From: Coriobacteriia bacterium
Lineage (GTDB): Bacteria > Actinomycetota > Coriobacteriia > Anaerosomatales > JAENZW01
NCBI GenBank assembly: GCA_029858605.1
Contig: JAOUET010000001.1
Span: forward strand, 1-41,864
Reading direction: 5' to 3'
DNA: 41,864 nucleotides
Positions 26,522 to 34,828 of the stretch are shown here, one piece after another; the stretch's first letter is position 1; each line of letters opens with the position of its first letter. The notes beneath the pieces are model-generated. The model was not told the origin of the DNA. It did no database searches and saw only the letters and a list, made by a program, of their open reading frames with translations. The position numbers were made by a program, and so were the translations under genes.

Positions 26522-27568
26522 ATGGAGCGACAGCCGGCTGGCCCGGCGCGATTCCTGAGACCCCAGTACATAGTCACAGTTCTCATCGCAGCAGCTATCA
26601 TCGTCCTGAGCGTTGCCGGATTCGTGGGGGCCCAAAAGGCGGTGACCGTCGTCGTTGACGGCGAGTCCCGTTCCGTGAACACACAGTCGAACACCGTCGC
26701 CGCGCTCCTGGCGGAAGCCGGGATCGCGGTTGGCGATGGCGATGTCGTGAACCCACCGCTCGAGGCGGAGCTCTCCGACGGCATGACTGTCGTGGTTCGC
26801 TATGCCACGCCCGTCGTGCTGAGCCTGCAGGGCGGAGACGTGGAAGTCTCAGTGGTTGGCGACACTGTTGCGGACGCTCTGGTTGCCGCGGGCCTCGATC
26901 CGTCATGCGGCACCGTGACCGAGCCGTGCCTCGACGCACCGCTCTCGCCTGGCATGGTCGTGCGGGTCAGCGATGTCTTCGTGCGAGTACAGCAGGAAGA
27001 GGTCGAGATTCCCTTTGAGACCACGGCGAAGGACGACGACACGATGAGTCAGGGGTCCCGAAGCGTCGTTACCGAGGGTGCCCCCGGCAAGATTCTCCGT
27101 GTATATCGCGTTCTGGTGACGAACGGCGTGGAAGGCCCGCGCACGCTGACTGCTGAAGAGATCGTGCTCGAACCGGTCGACGAGGTCGTCGCCGTCGGCA
27201 CGAAGCGCGCTTCGAGTCATCTGGTGGCCTCTCGCAGTGGGTCGAGTTCATCGAGCTCGGCGGCTAAGAGTGCGACTGCGCCGACGTCGGGAAAGACCAT
27301 GCGTGTCGCGACGACCGCCTACGCTCCCGGTGTCGGCGGAGTCGGTTGGCGTACCGCGACGGGCATGAAGGCGGGATACGGAATCGCCGCAGTCGACCCC
27401 AGCGTGATCCCGCTTGGGACGCGAATGTACGTGCCTGGCTACGGCTACGCGCTGGCGGCTGACACCGGCGGCGCGATTGTCGGCAATCGAGTCGACCTTT
27501 GCTTTGACACGGCTGCCGAAGCGTATGCGTGGGGTCGCCGAACGGTGACCATCACTATCCTCCCCTAG
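26522..27568 (+). CDS. yabE: YabE-like cell-wall protein (DUF348 repeats + G5 + 3D/RlpA-like domain)
   Basis: N-terminal TM anchor and repeated DG....V.T...TV...L...GI (DUF348) units. A G5-like segment (VTEGAPGKILRVYRV) is followed by a C-terminal 3D domain (TAYAPG...GIAAVDPSVIPLGTRMYVPGYGYALAADTGGAIVGNRVDLCF). Confidence 0.85.
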   Translation: MERQPAGPARFLRPQYIVTVLIAAAIIVLSVAGFVGAQKAVTVVVDGESRSVNTQSNTVAALLAEAGIAVGDGDVVNPPLEAELSDGMTVVVRYATPVVLSLQGGDVEVSVVGDTVADALVAAGLDPSCGTVTEPCLDAPLSPGMVVRVSDVFVRVQQEEVEIPFETTAKDDDTMSQGSRSVVTEGAPGKILRVYRVLVTNGVEGPRTLTAEEIVLEPVDEVVAVGTKRASSHLVASRSGSSSSSSAAKSATAPTSGKTMRVATTAYAPGVGGVGWRTATGMKAGYGIAAVDPSVIPLGTRMYVPGYGYALAADTGGAIVGNRVDLCFDTAAEAYAWGRRTVTITILP

Positions 27569-27576
27569 GGAGGGCC

Positions 27577-28440
27577 GTGACGTATTCACGACTGGCGTCG
27601 CCTCGCGCGACGATCGACCTGCTTTCAGCGCACGGCCTTCACACGCGGAAGTCTCTCGGGCAGCACTTTCTGGTAGACGACAACGTCGTAGGCCGCATAC
27701 TCAGGCTTGCAGGATTGTCGGGAGACGAAGTCGTTGTCGAGGTGGGGCCCGGAATCGGCACTCTCACCGTTGCCCTTTGCGAGGCGGCACGGAGGGTCGT
27801 GGCCATCGAGTGCGACCCCAGATTCGCGAGCTTACTTGCGAGCGAGGTGCGATCCGATGCTCTGCACGTGATAGAGGGTGACGCACTAGACGTCGATCCT
27901 TCGGCGATCTGCGAACCCTTCGGCGAACCGGACGCGCTGGTCGCGAATCTCCCTTATTCGGTTGCGGCCACGCTCGTCCTGCAGTACCTGGAGACCCTCC
28001 CGTCATTGCGGTACGCCGTCGTCATGGTTCAGGCGGAGGTCGCCGATCGGATGTCGGCCGAGCCGAACACAAAGGCCTACGGAGCGTACACGGTCAAACT
28101 GCATCTACGCGCGCAGCCGAAGACGCGCTTCGCTGTTTCGCGATCCTGTTTCCTGCCGCCTCCACGAGTGGATTCGGCAGTGCTGCGCCTGGAGAGGCGC
28201 CAGGACGCGGAGGCGCCGCAGACGATCGCCGCTGCTTCCAGAATGGCCGAAGCAGCATTCGCTCAGCGCCGTAAAACGGTCCGCAACTCGCTCAAGGCCT
28301 GCTTCCGCACGGACATCGGGAGGGTAGATGCCGTGTTGTCGTCCGCCGGCATCGACGGATCGAGGCGAGCGGAAGCACTTCGCGTCGCCGAGTTTGTCGC
28401 CCTTGGTCGCGAAGCACTTGAATTAGGCCTTCTACCTTGA
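27577..28440 (+). CDS. rsmA: 16S rRNA (adenine1518/1519-N6)-dimethyltransferase RsmA/KsgA
   Basis: KSLGQHFLVD, the EVGPGIGTLT SAM motif and NLPYSVA. GTG 27577 is the only start after GGAGG. Confidence 0.9.
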   Translation: MTYSRLASPRATIDLLSAHGLHTRKSLGQHFLVDDNVVGRILRLAGLSGDEVVVEVGPGIGTLTVALCEAARRVVAIECDPRFASLLASEVRSDALHVIEGDALDVDPSAICEPFGEPDALVANLPYSVAATLVLQYLETLPSLRYAVVMVQAEVADRMSAEPNTKAYGAYTVKLHLRAQPKTRFAVSRSCFLPPPRVDSAVLRLERRQDAEAPQTIAAASRMAEAAFAQRRKTVRNSLKACFRTDIGRVDAVLSSAGIDGSRRAEALRVAEFVALGREALELGLLP

Positions 28441-28465
28441 GTTTTGTCGATTCTTGACGTATACT
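28437..28465 (+). promoter_or_regulatory. candidate promoter of veg
   Basis: TTGAGT (28437-28442), a 17-nt spacer, then TATACT (28460-28465), in an AT-richer patch ~30 nt upstream of the veg ATG. Confidence 0.4.
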
Positions 28466-28493
28466 ACTTCGTTGGACCTTGAAGGAGGAGTAT

Positions 28494-28775
28494 ATGAATC
28501 TTCAGAGTCAGCACGAGGTCGTGGGGCGGATTCGCAGTGACCTCGAGGCGCTGATGGGAACCCGCATGCGCTTGCGGGCGAACATGGGTCGCTCGAAGAT
28601 AGTCGAGCGAGAAGGCATCTTGGAACAGACCCATCCCAGCTTGTTTGTGGTGAAGGTGGATGAGAAGCGGAATCGAAAGGCTCGTGTGTCCTATAGCTAT
28701 GTGGATGTTCTGACGGGAACCGTCGAACTGAGCCACTGCGAGAGCGGAGAGAATCTCCTGCCCTGGCTCAACTAG
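28494..28775 (+). CDS. veg: Veg protein (DUF1021)
   Basis: LRANMGRSKIVEREGILEQTHPSLFVV...RVSYSYVDVLTGTVEL parallels Bacillus Veg ([27 protein letters not shown]...RVSYSYADILTETVEL). GGAGGAG Shine-Dalgarno sequence. Confidence 0.9.
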   Translation: MNLQSQHEVVGRIRSDLEALMGTRMRLRANMGRSKIVEREGILEQTHPSLFVVKVDEKRNRKARVSYSYVDVLTGTVELSHCESGENLLPWLN

Positions 28776-28802
28776 CCCGGGCGAAGACAGCAGTCAACCT
28801 GA

Positions 28803-28826
28803 ACGCGGGGCCTTCTGGCCCCGCGT
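28803..28826 (+). terminator. perfect 10-bp GC-rich hairpin after veg
   Basis: ACGCGGGGCC-TTCT-GGCCCCGCGT. No U-tract follows. Confidence 0.45.
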
Positions 28827-28850
28827 CGCGTATGGAGGGAAACGACCGAA

Positions 28851-29741
28851 GTGGCCGAAGCAGTCGTCGTCGAAGCTCCCGCGAAGGTGAATCTCTACCT
28901 CGGTGTGGGGCCGCGACGGGGCGACGGGTATCACGATCTCACTACTGTCTTCCAGACTGTAGAACTCAGCGATCGCGTCACGATCGAACCCGCAGAGAGT
29001 CTGGAGTTCGAGTGCGACGTCGACCTGGGGATTGCCGATTCCGAAAACCTGGCCGTCCGGGCGGCTCTGGCGTTTGCGGCAGTGTGTGGCAGACATCCGG
29101 CCGTACGCGTGAGCCTGCGAAAACAGATTCCGGCGGGTGCGGGACTAGCAGGGGGCAGTTCCGATGCTGCAGCCGTGATCGCCGGACTGGCGGAGATGTG
29201 GGAGATGGACACCTCAGACGCCCATCTGAGGACGACTGCTGCAGCCTTGGGCTCCGACGTGCCATTCTTCCTTTCCGGTGGCACGTCCCTATACACCGGC
29301 CGCGGAGATGAGTTTGCGGCGCGAGTGCCCTTCGTCCCTCTCGACATCGTATTGGTGTACGTGGGCGTGCCGGTTGCAACTCAGGAGGCCTATTCCGCCT
29401 TCGACTCGTTCCCGCACACGCCGACGCCCGGTCCGGAGGCACTGGTTGCGGCGTGCGCATCTGGTGACCCAGCGAGGGTCGCCGCGACCCTCTACAACAA
29501 CATGACGGACGCATCTGTGGGGCTGGTTGCGGGTATCGCGGAAACGCTAGCATGGTGCCAGCGCGAGAAGGGCGTGCTCGGCGCGGCCATGGCAGGGAGC
29601 GGCTCTGCGGTGTTCGCCGTATGCGCATCCGCGGAGTCGGCCGAGGAAGTCGCAGTCCACGCTTCTCGTCGCGGTTGGTGGTCTTGCGCGACGAAGGCTA
29701 TCGAACGCGGAGTCACGCTAGGTCTCGAGGAGGCTTCGTGA
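28851..29741 (+). CDS. ispE: 4-diphosphocytidyl-2-C-methyl-D-erythritol kinase
   Basis: APAKVNLYLGV..RR.DGYHDL at the N-terminus and the GHMP-kinase motif IPAGAGLAGGSSDAAA. Confidence 0.9.
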   Translation: MAEAVVVEAPAKVNLYLGVGPRRGDGYHDLTTVFQTVELSDRVTIEPAESLEFECDVDLGIADSENLAVRAALAFAAVCGRHPAVRVSLRKQIPAGAGLAGGSSDAAAVIAGLAEMWEMDTSDAHLRTTAAALGSDVPFFLSGGTSLYTGRGDEFAARVPFVPLDIVLVYVGVPVATQEAYSAFDSFPHTPTPGPEALVAACASGDPARVAATLYNNMTDASVGLVAGIAETLAWCQREKGVLGAAMAGSGSAVFAVCASAESAEEVAVHASRRGWWSCATKAIERGVTLGLEEAS

Positions 29742-30520
29742 AGGTAGATGTTGTGGTGCTCGCGGGGGGTGACGGGGCGGTCATCGACCCATCGTGCCGC
29801 TTCAAAGGGCTACTGCCGGTAGCGGGCAAACCAATGGTCGAGTGGGTCGTCGATGCGATGCGCAGCGCGGAACTCGTGGCGGAGGTAGCGGTTGTAGTTC
29901 CGACTGCAGAGGACCTCGGGTCCTGGGCCGACAGAGTGGACAAGCTCGTCGTGTCGGATGGCGACTTCATCGACAACGTGCTGGCAGGCGTGCGAGCCTT
30001 CCGGGTCGACCGACCGGTTCTAGTGACGACCGGTGACCTTCCTGCGCTAACAGGTGATGCAGTCGACGAGTTCCTCGAGAAAGCACTTCGGACAAACGCT
30101 GACTTCGTGTATCCGTTGGTGCGGCGAGAGGACGTACTGGCCGAGTTCCCGGATGCCGACCGCACGTTCGTCCGGCTGGTCGATGGGCCTGTCACCGGCG
30201 GCAACATGCTGCTTCTCAATCCGAGCCTCGTCGAGAAGAACGCGAGCATCGGTCAGACGCTCTTCGATACTCGGAAGAGCGCACTTCAGATGGCGAGAGT
30301 GATCGGTTTCAGATTCGTGCTGAGACTTCTCCTCGGCAAACTCGAGGTGCACGAAGTCGAGAAGAGGATGGGCGAACTCCTCGGTGGATCGGGGGCTGCC
30401 GTATACACGAGCCACGCGTCTATCGGGGCGGATGTCGACAAGCCTGTAGACGTGGTGGCGGCAGAGCGTGCGCTCTATGAGGCACGGCACGGTAGGATTG
30501 GAGGCTCGGACGGAGAATAG
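29738..30520 (+). CDS. MobA-like / GT-A-fold nucleotidyltransferase-family protein of unknown specificity
   Basis: VVVLAGGDG......FKGLLPVAGKPMVEWV N-terminal NTP-transferase loop. GTG 29738 overlaps the ispE stop (GTGA). GAGGAGG Shine-Dalgarno sequence. Confidence 0.7.
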   Translation: MKVDVVVLAGGDGAVIDPSCRFKGLLPVAGKPMVEWVVDAMRSAELVAEVAVVVPTAEDLGSWADRVDKLVVSDGDFIDNVLAGVRAFRVDRPVLVTTGDLPALTGDAVDEFLEKALRTNADFVYPLVRREDVLAEFPDADRTFVRLVDGPVTGGNMLLLNPSLVEKNASIGQTLFDTRKSALQMARVIGFRFVLRLLLGKLEVHEVEKRMGELLGGSGAAVYTSHASIGADVDKPVDVVAAERALYEARHGRIGGSDGE

Positions 30521-30595
30521 GATATCTGGGACTCACGGTGTCAACTGTGTCGGGGGTAGGGACCCTCGCCCGGCACAAGGGGGAGAAGCACATAC

Positions 30596-30895
30596 ATGGA
30601 TATCACGAAGGTCACGCTCCGTCCTGTCGCGATGAACAAGGTCTGCGCGATCGCCAGCATCGTTCTCGACGATGCCTTCGTCATCCACGACCTTCGTGTG
30701 GTGAACGGGGACAAAGGTCTCTTCGTCGCCATGCCTTCCCGCAAACTTCCAAGTGGGGACTTCAGGGACATCTGTCATCCAATAAACACCGAAACGCGCA
30801 ATCGAATCCAACAAGCTGTGCTGGACCAGTTCCAGATCGAGGGCGGCGTTGAAGCCTTCGCCGCAGCGTCGCAAGGCGTTCAGGCTCTGGACTAG
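30596..30895 (+). CDS. spoVG: SpoVG-family regulator
   Basis: MDITKVTLRPV...CAIASIVLDDAFVIHDLRVVNGDKGLFVAMPSRKLPSGDFRDICHPINTETRNRIQQAVL is near-collinear with Bacillus SpoVG. Confidence 0.92.
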   Translation: MDITKVTLRPVAMNKVCAIASIVLDDAFVIHDLRVVNGDKGLFVAMPSRKLPSGDFRDICHPINTETRNRIQQAVLDQFQIEGGVEAFAAASQGVQALD

Positions 30896-30961
30896 CCTCT
30901 TTCCCGAAGCCGTCTCGCCCAAGGCAAGCTCGCACCTGTTTCGCGTCCCGCTCCCCCACGT

Positions 30962-30990
30962 TTGACGCTGCCGGATGCCCTCCCTACACT
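30962..30990 (+). promoter_or_regulatory. candidate promoter for tRNA-Gln (and possibly glmU-prs)
   Basis: TTGACG (30962-30967), a 17-nt spacer, then TACACT (30985-30990), ending 10 nt before the tRNA 5' end. Confidence 0.5.
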
Positions 30991-31000
30991 CATGATGCTC

Positions 31001-31075
31001 TGGGGCGTAGCCAAGTGGCAAGGCAGGGGACTTTGGATCCTCCATTCGTAGGTTCGAATCCTACCGCCCCAGCCA
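31001..31075 (+). tRNA. tRNA-Gln (anticodon TTG)
   Basis: TGGGGCG/TA/GCC-AAGTGGCAA-GGC/A/GGGGA-CTTTGGA-TCCTC/CATTC/GTAGG-TTCGAAT-CCTAC/CGCCCCA/G/CCA. Collinear with E. coli tRNA-Gln. Confidence 0.92.
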
Positions 31076-31127
31076 ACCTGCTTTCTCCAGGGCCTGGATC
31101 CGCAGGTGAAAGGGCGAAGGGGTCGCG

Positions 31128-32537
31128 ATGAAATCGGTGGCACTCATACTCGCCGCGGGCGAGGGAACGCGAATGAAATCCTCCGTGCCCAAGGTGGCGC
31201 ATCGGATTCTCGGGGAGTCGATGATGACTCTCGTGGTCGATGTGGCCCAGAGGGCCGGCTGCGAGCGTATCGTCGTCGTGACTGGCCACGGTGCTGACAT
31301 CGTTGAGTCCATGCTGCCCGAGGACGTGGCCGTGGTGCGCCAGGAGAGGCAGCTCGGGACGGGGCACGCCGTGCTGTGCGCGCGAGAAGTGCTGGAGGGT
31401 TTCGAGGGCTCGCTCACCGTTCTTTCGGGGGACACTCCGCTTCTGCGACCCGAAACGGTGTCCGGCCTGGTGGCAATGAGGGAGTCGAGCGGTGCGGCGG
31501 CGACGGTGCTCACGACGCATCTCCCCGATCCTGCCGAGTACGGGCGTGTGGTGCGAAACAGGGATGGTGGCATCGCCGCTATCGTGGAGCACAAGGACCT
31601 CCAGCCGGATCAGCAGCACATCGACGAGGTGAACACCGGGACCTACTGTTTCGACGCATCGGTGCTCTTCGCCCATCTGGACAAGCTGACCACCGACAAT
31701 GCTCAAGGCGAGTACTATCTGACGGACATGATCGGCGTTTTCGACTCCGAGGGACTTCTCGTCACGGCCATGACGACGGACGATCCGCTCGAGACACTCG
31801 GTATCAACTCGCGCGTGCACCTCGCAGAGGCGACTCGGACGCTGCAGCGACGCATCAATACGCGGCACATGCTCGAGGGCGTGACGATGACCGACCCGGG
31901 GCTGGTTTGGGTCGGGCCGCGGGTGCGAATCGGCCGGGACGTGGAGATCGAACCGATGACGTTCATCATGGGCGAAACCGTCATCGGCGACGGGGCACGG
32001 ATAGGCCCGGGTTCGCGGGTCGTGGACTCGCGTGTGGCCAACGGCGCAGTCGTGGATTCCTCGGTGGTCATCGACTCGGACGTGGGGCCGAACGCCAACG
32101 TTGGTCCTGTGGCCTATCTTCGGCCGGGAACGGTGCTTGAGGCTGGCGCGAAGGCGGGGACGTCGGTCGAGATCAAGAACTCGCGTATCGGGCGGGGCAC
32201 GAAGGTGCCGCATCTGTCCTACATAGGTGATGCGGACGTCGGCCAGGACGTGAACGTGGGCGCCGGAACGATTACCTGCAACTACGACGGTGTGGAGAAG
32301 CACCGTACAGTCATAGGCGATGGGGCCTTCATCGGCTCTGATACCATGCTCGTAGCTCCGGTACGGGTCGGGCGGGGCGCTGTCACCGGTGCAGCAAGTG
32401 CGATCTCGCGCGACGTGCCCGATGGGGCGCTCGGTCTCGAGCGCTCGGACCAGCGCATCGTAGAAGGTTGGGCCGATCGCCGCCGCAAGGAGAAGCGGTC
32501 GGAGACGAACGAAGGAGAAGCGTCAAGTGATGAGTGA
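31128..32537 (+). CDS. glmU: bifunctional UDP-N-acetylglucosamine pyrophosphorylase / glucosamine-1-phosphate N-acetyltransferase
   Basis: LAAGEGTRMKSSVPKV at the N-terminus and C-terminal left-handed beta-helix hexapeptide repeats. Confidence 0.93.
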   Translation: MKSVALILAAGEGTRMKSSVPKVAHRILGESMMTLVVDVAQRAGCERIVVVTGHGADIVESMLPEDVAVVRQERQLGTGHAVLCAREVLEGFEGSLTVLSGDTPLLRPETVSGLVAMRESSGAAATVLTTHLPDPAEYGRVVRNRDGGIAAIVEHKDLQPDQQHIDEVNTGTYCFDASVLFAHLDKLTTDNAQGEYYLTDMIGVFDSEGLLVTAMTTDDPLETLGINSRVHLAEATRTLQRRINTRHMLEGVTMTDPGLVWVGPRVRIGRDVEIEPMTFIMGETVIGDGARIGPGSRVVDSRVANGAVVDSSVVIDSDVGPNANVGPVAYLRPGTVLEAGAKAGTSVEIKNSRIGRGTKVPHLSYIGDADVGQDVNVGAGTITCNYDGVEKHRTVIGDGAFIGSDTMLVAPVRVGRGAVTGAASAISRDVPDGALGLERSDQRIVEGWADRRRKEKRSETNEGEASSDE

Positions 32538-33492
32538 GACCGGCAAGCGGATGATGGTCTTCGCGGGCACGCAGAACCCTGAGCTTGCCGAGGGAATCGC
32601 GGGCCATCTTGGTATCGAACTGGGCAACATCAAGATCTCCAAGTTCGCCAACGGGGAGATCTACGTGCGCTTTCTCGAGTCCGTGCGCGGAGCGGACGTG
32701 TTCATCGTCCAGTCGGTGTGCCAACCCGTGAACTACTCGATCATGGAGCTCCTCATCATGGTAGATGCGGCAAAGCGAGCGAGCGCGAGGAGCATCACCG
32801 CCGTGATCAGTCACTACGGCTATGCGCGTCAAGACAAGAAGTCTGCCGCCAGAGAGCCCATCACCGCGAAGCTCATCGCCGACCTCATGACTACCGCCGG
32901 CGTCGACCGGGTCATCGCGATGGACCTTCACCAGGGTCAGATACAGGGCTTCTTCAGTCAGCCGGTCAACCATCTGACAGCCCTCCCCATCCTCGTGGAC
33001 TACTTCGAGACGCTAGGACTCGAGGACCCTGTAGTCGTGTCGCCGGATGTCGGCCGAGTGAAGGTCTGCAAGAAGTTCGCGGACATGCTCGGAGCGAGTC
33101 TCGCAATCATGCACAAAGGGCGTCCCGAACACAACGTCGCAGAGATCACACACGTCATAGGCGATGTCGACGGCAAGGACTGCATCGTGGCCGACGACAT
33201 GATCGACACGGCGGGCTCGGTCACCGAGGGTTCAAGAGCCCTCGTCAAGGCGGGTGCGAAGTCGGTCTACGTGACCGCCACGCACGCGATTCTCTCGTCG
33301 CCGGCGTTCGAGCGCATCGATGAAGCGCCTATCACGGAGGTCGTCGTGACCAACACGCTTCCGGTGCCAGAAGAGCATCGCGGCGGCAAGATTCGCGTGC
33401 TTTCGGTGGCTCCTCTGTTTGCACATGCCATCCAGAACGTGTACAACGACGAATCGGTGTCGGAACTCTTCGACCCAGACTTTCAACTCTAA
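32527..33492 (+). CDS. prs: ribose-phosphate pyrophosphokinase
   Basis: FANGEIYV, DLHQGQIQGFF, and the PRPP-binding loop VADDMIDTAGS. Overlaps the glmU stop. Confidence 0.93.
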   Translation: MMSETGKRMMVFAGTQNPELAEGIAGHLGIELGNIKISKFANGEIYVRFLESVRGADVFIVQSVCQPVNYSIMELLIMVDAAKRASARSITAVISHYGYARQDKKSAAREPITAKLIADLMTTAGVDRVIAMDLHQGQIQGFFSQPVNHLTALPILVDYFETLGLEDPVVVSPDVGRVKVCKKFADMLGASLAIMHKGRPEHNVAEITHVIGDVDGKDCIVADDMIDTAGSVTEGSRALVKAGAKSVYVTATHAILSSPAFERIDEAPITEVVVTNTLPVPEEHRGGKIRVLSVAPLFAHAIQNVYNDESVSELFDPDFQL

Positions 33493-33546
33493 GCGGCAAG
33501 ACGTAGTGGGTGGCGAAGGGCCCCCGCCGAAAGGAGATTGCACGAA

Positions 33547-34212
33547 ATGACCGAGAAGACGTCGATCCTCGCCAAGCCGAGGACTGTCATCGGCAAGGCG
33601 AACCGACGGCTCGCTGAGAGCGGTCAGATTCCCGCCGTGCTCTACGGCGGCGGACGCGACCCGATGGCGCTTGCAATCGATCGCCACGATTTCGAGCGTT
33701 TCGTCGCGCACCACGCGGCGGGGTCCACGCTCATCGCACTCTCCATCGAAGGCGAGTCAAAGCCGGTGAATGCGATGATCAAGGAACTCCAGACGAGCCC
33801 GGTCAAGGGCAACGTTCTGCACGTCGACTTCCTCGCAGTGCGCATGGACGTGAAGATCCAGGCCACGGTTGCGGTTCACACGGAAGGCGAGAGCCCGGGC
33901 GTCAAGGCCGGCGGCATACTCATGACCGGTTTGCACTCGCTTACCGCAGAAGCGCTCCCGAGCGACCTGCCGGACGCACTTGTCGCGGACGTCTCGTCTC
34001 TGGAAATCGGCGACACGCTTCTGGTGGGAGACATCACTCCACCGGAAGGCGTCACTATCGTCGAGGACCCCGAGAGCGTCGTTTGTTCCGTGACGCTTCC
34101 GAAGGTCGTGGAAGAAGAGGTCGAGGAAGAGGTCTTGGAAGGCGAAGAGGTCGAACCGGAGCTCGTCGGCGAGGAGGGGGTCGAAGGGGAGCCCGAGGAG
34201 ACCGAGGAGTAG
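33547..34212 (+). CDS. rplY: 50S ribosomal protein L25 / general stress protein Ctc (long form, acidic tail)
   Basis: RRLAESGQIPAVLYGGG near the N-terminus. AAGGAG lies 10 nt upstream of ATG 33547. C-terminal EEEVEEEVLEGEEVE tail. Confidence 0.9.
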   Translation: MTEKTSILAKPRTVIGKANRRLAESGQIPAVLYGGGRDPMALAIDRHDFERFVAHHAAGSTLIALSIEGESKPVNAMIKELQTSPVKGNVLHVDFLAVRMDVKIQATVAVHTEGESPGVKAGGILMTGLHSLTAEALPSDLPDALVADVSSLEIGDTLLVGDITPPEGVTIVEDPESVVCSVTLPKVVEEEVEEEVLEGEEVEPELVGEEGVEGEPEETEE

Positions 34213-34224
34213 GGGAGCCGCCCT

Positions 34225-34791
34225 ATGGCCCTCATCGTTGCGGGCCTGGGCAATCCGGGTCCCGAATTCGCCGATACTCGTCACAACGCGGGATTCAAGG
34301 TCGTCGACCTGCTCGCCGAGAACTTGCGCGCTTCGTACTGGAAGGACGAGGCCGGCGCGAAGACGTCGACGATCCGATTCGACGACGACGATCTGGTTCT
34401 GGCCAAGCCACAGAGTTTCATGAACATCAGCGGCAAGGCGGTCGTGAAGCTTCTCCAGACCTATGAAGTGCCGGTGGAAAGCCTGATCGTCGTGCACGAC
34501 GACATAGACCTCCCGCCGGGCAGCGTACGAGCGAAGCGCGATGGCGGTCACGGTGGTCACAACGGGCTGCGCTCCATTACCGAAGAAACCGGTCACGATG
34601 ATTTCCTGCGCGTTCGGGTCGGCGTAGGACGCCCGCCCGGAAGGATGGATCCGTCTGACTACGTCCTGCAGCCGATGCGAGGGGACACGCTTGCGGACTT
34701 CGACTCGGTCGTTCCTTCGGCTGCCCAGGCGGTCATGCACATCCTCGAGCACGGTATCGAGTCGGCGATGCAGGAGTTCAACGCGGATTGA
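34225..34791 (+). CDS. pth: peptidyl-tRNA hydrolase
   Basis: LIVAGLGNPGPEFADTRHNAGF and HDDIDLPPG motifs. Confidence 0.93.
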   Translation: MALIVAGLGNPGPEFADTRHNAGFKVVDLLAENLRASYWKDEAGAKTSTIRFDDDDLVLAKPQSFMNISGKAVVKLLQTYEVPVESLIVVHDDIDLPPGSVRAKRDGGHGGHNGLRSITEETGHDDFLRVRVGVGRPPGRMDPSDYVLQPMRGDTLADFDSVVPSAAQAVMHILEHGIESAMQEFNAD

Positions 34792-34828
34792 GGGACGCGC
34801 GTGCGGGTGGGCATTGCCTGAAGCCGAC

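Noticed and set aside
33538-33546. TTG 33538 as the start of rplY.
   Set aside because: The AAGGAG at 33531-33536 is only 1 nt from it. ATG 33547 has proper 10-nt spacing.
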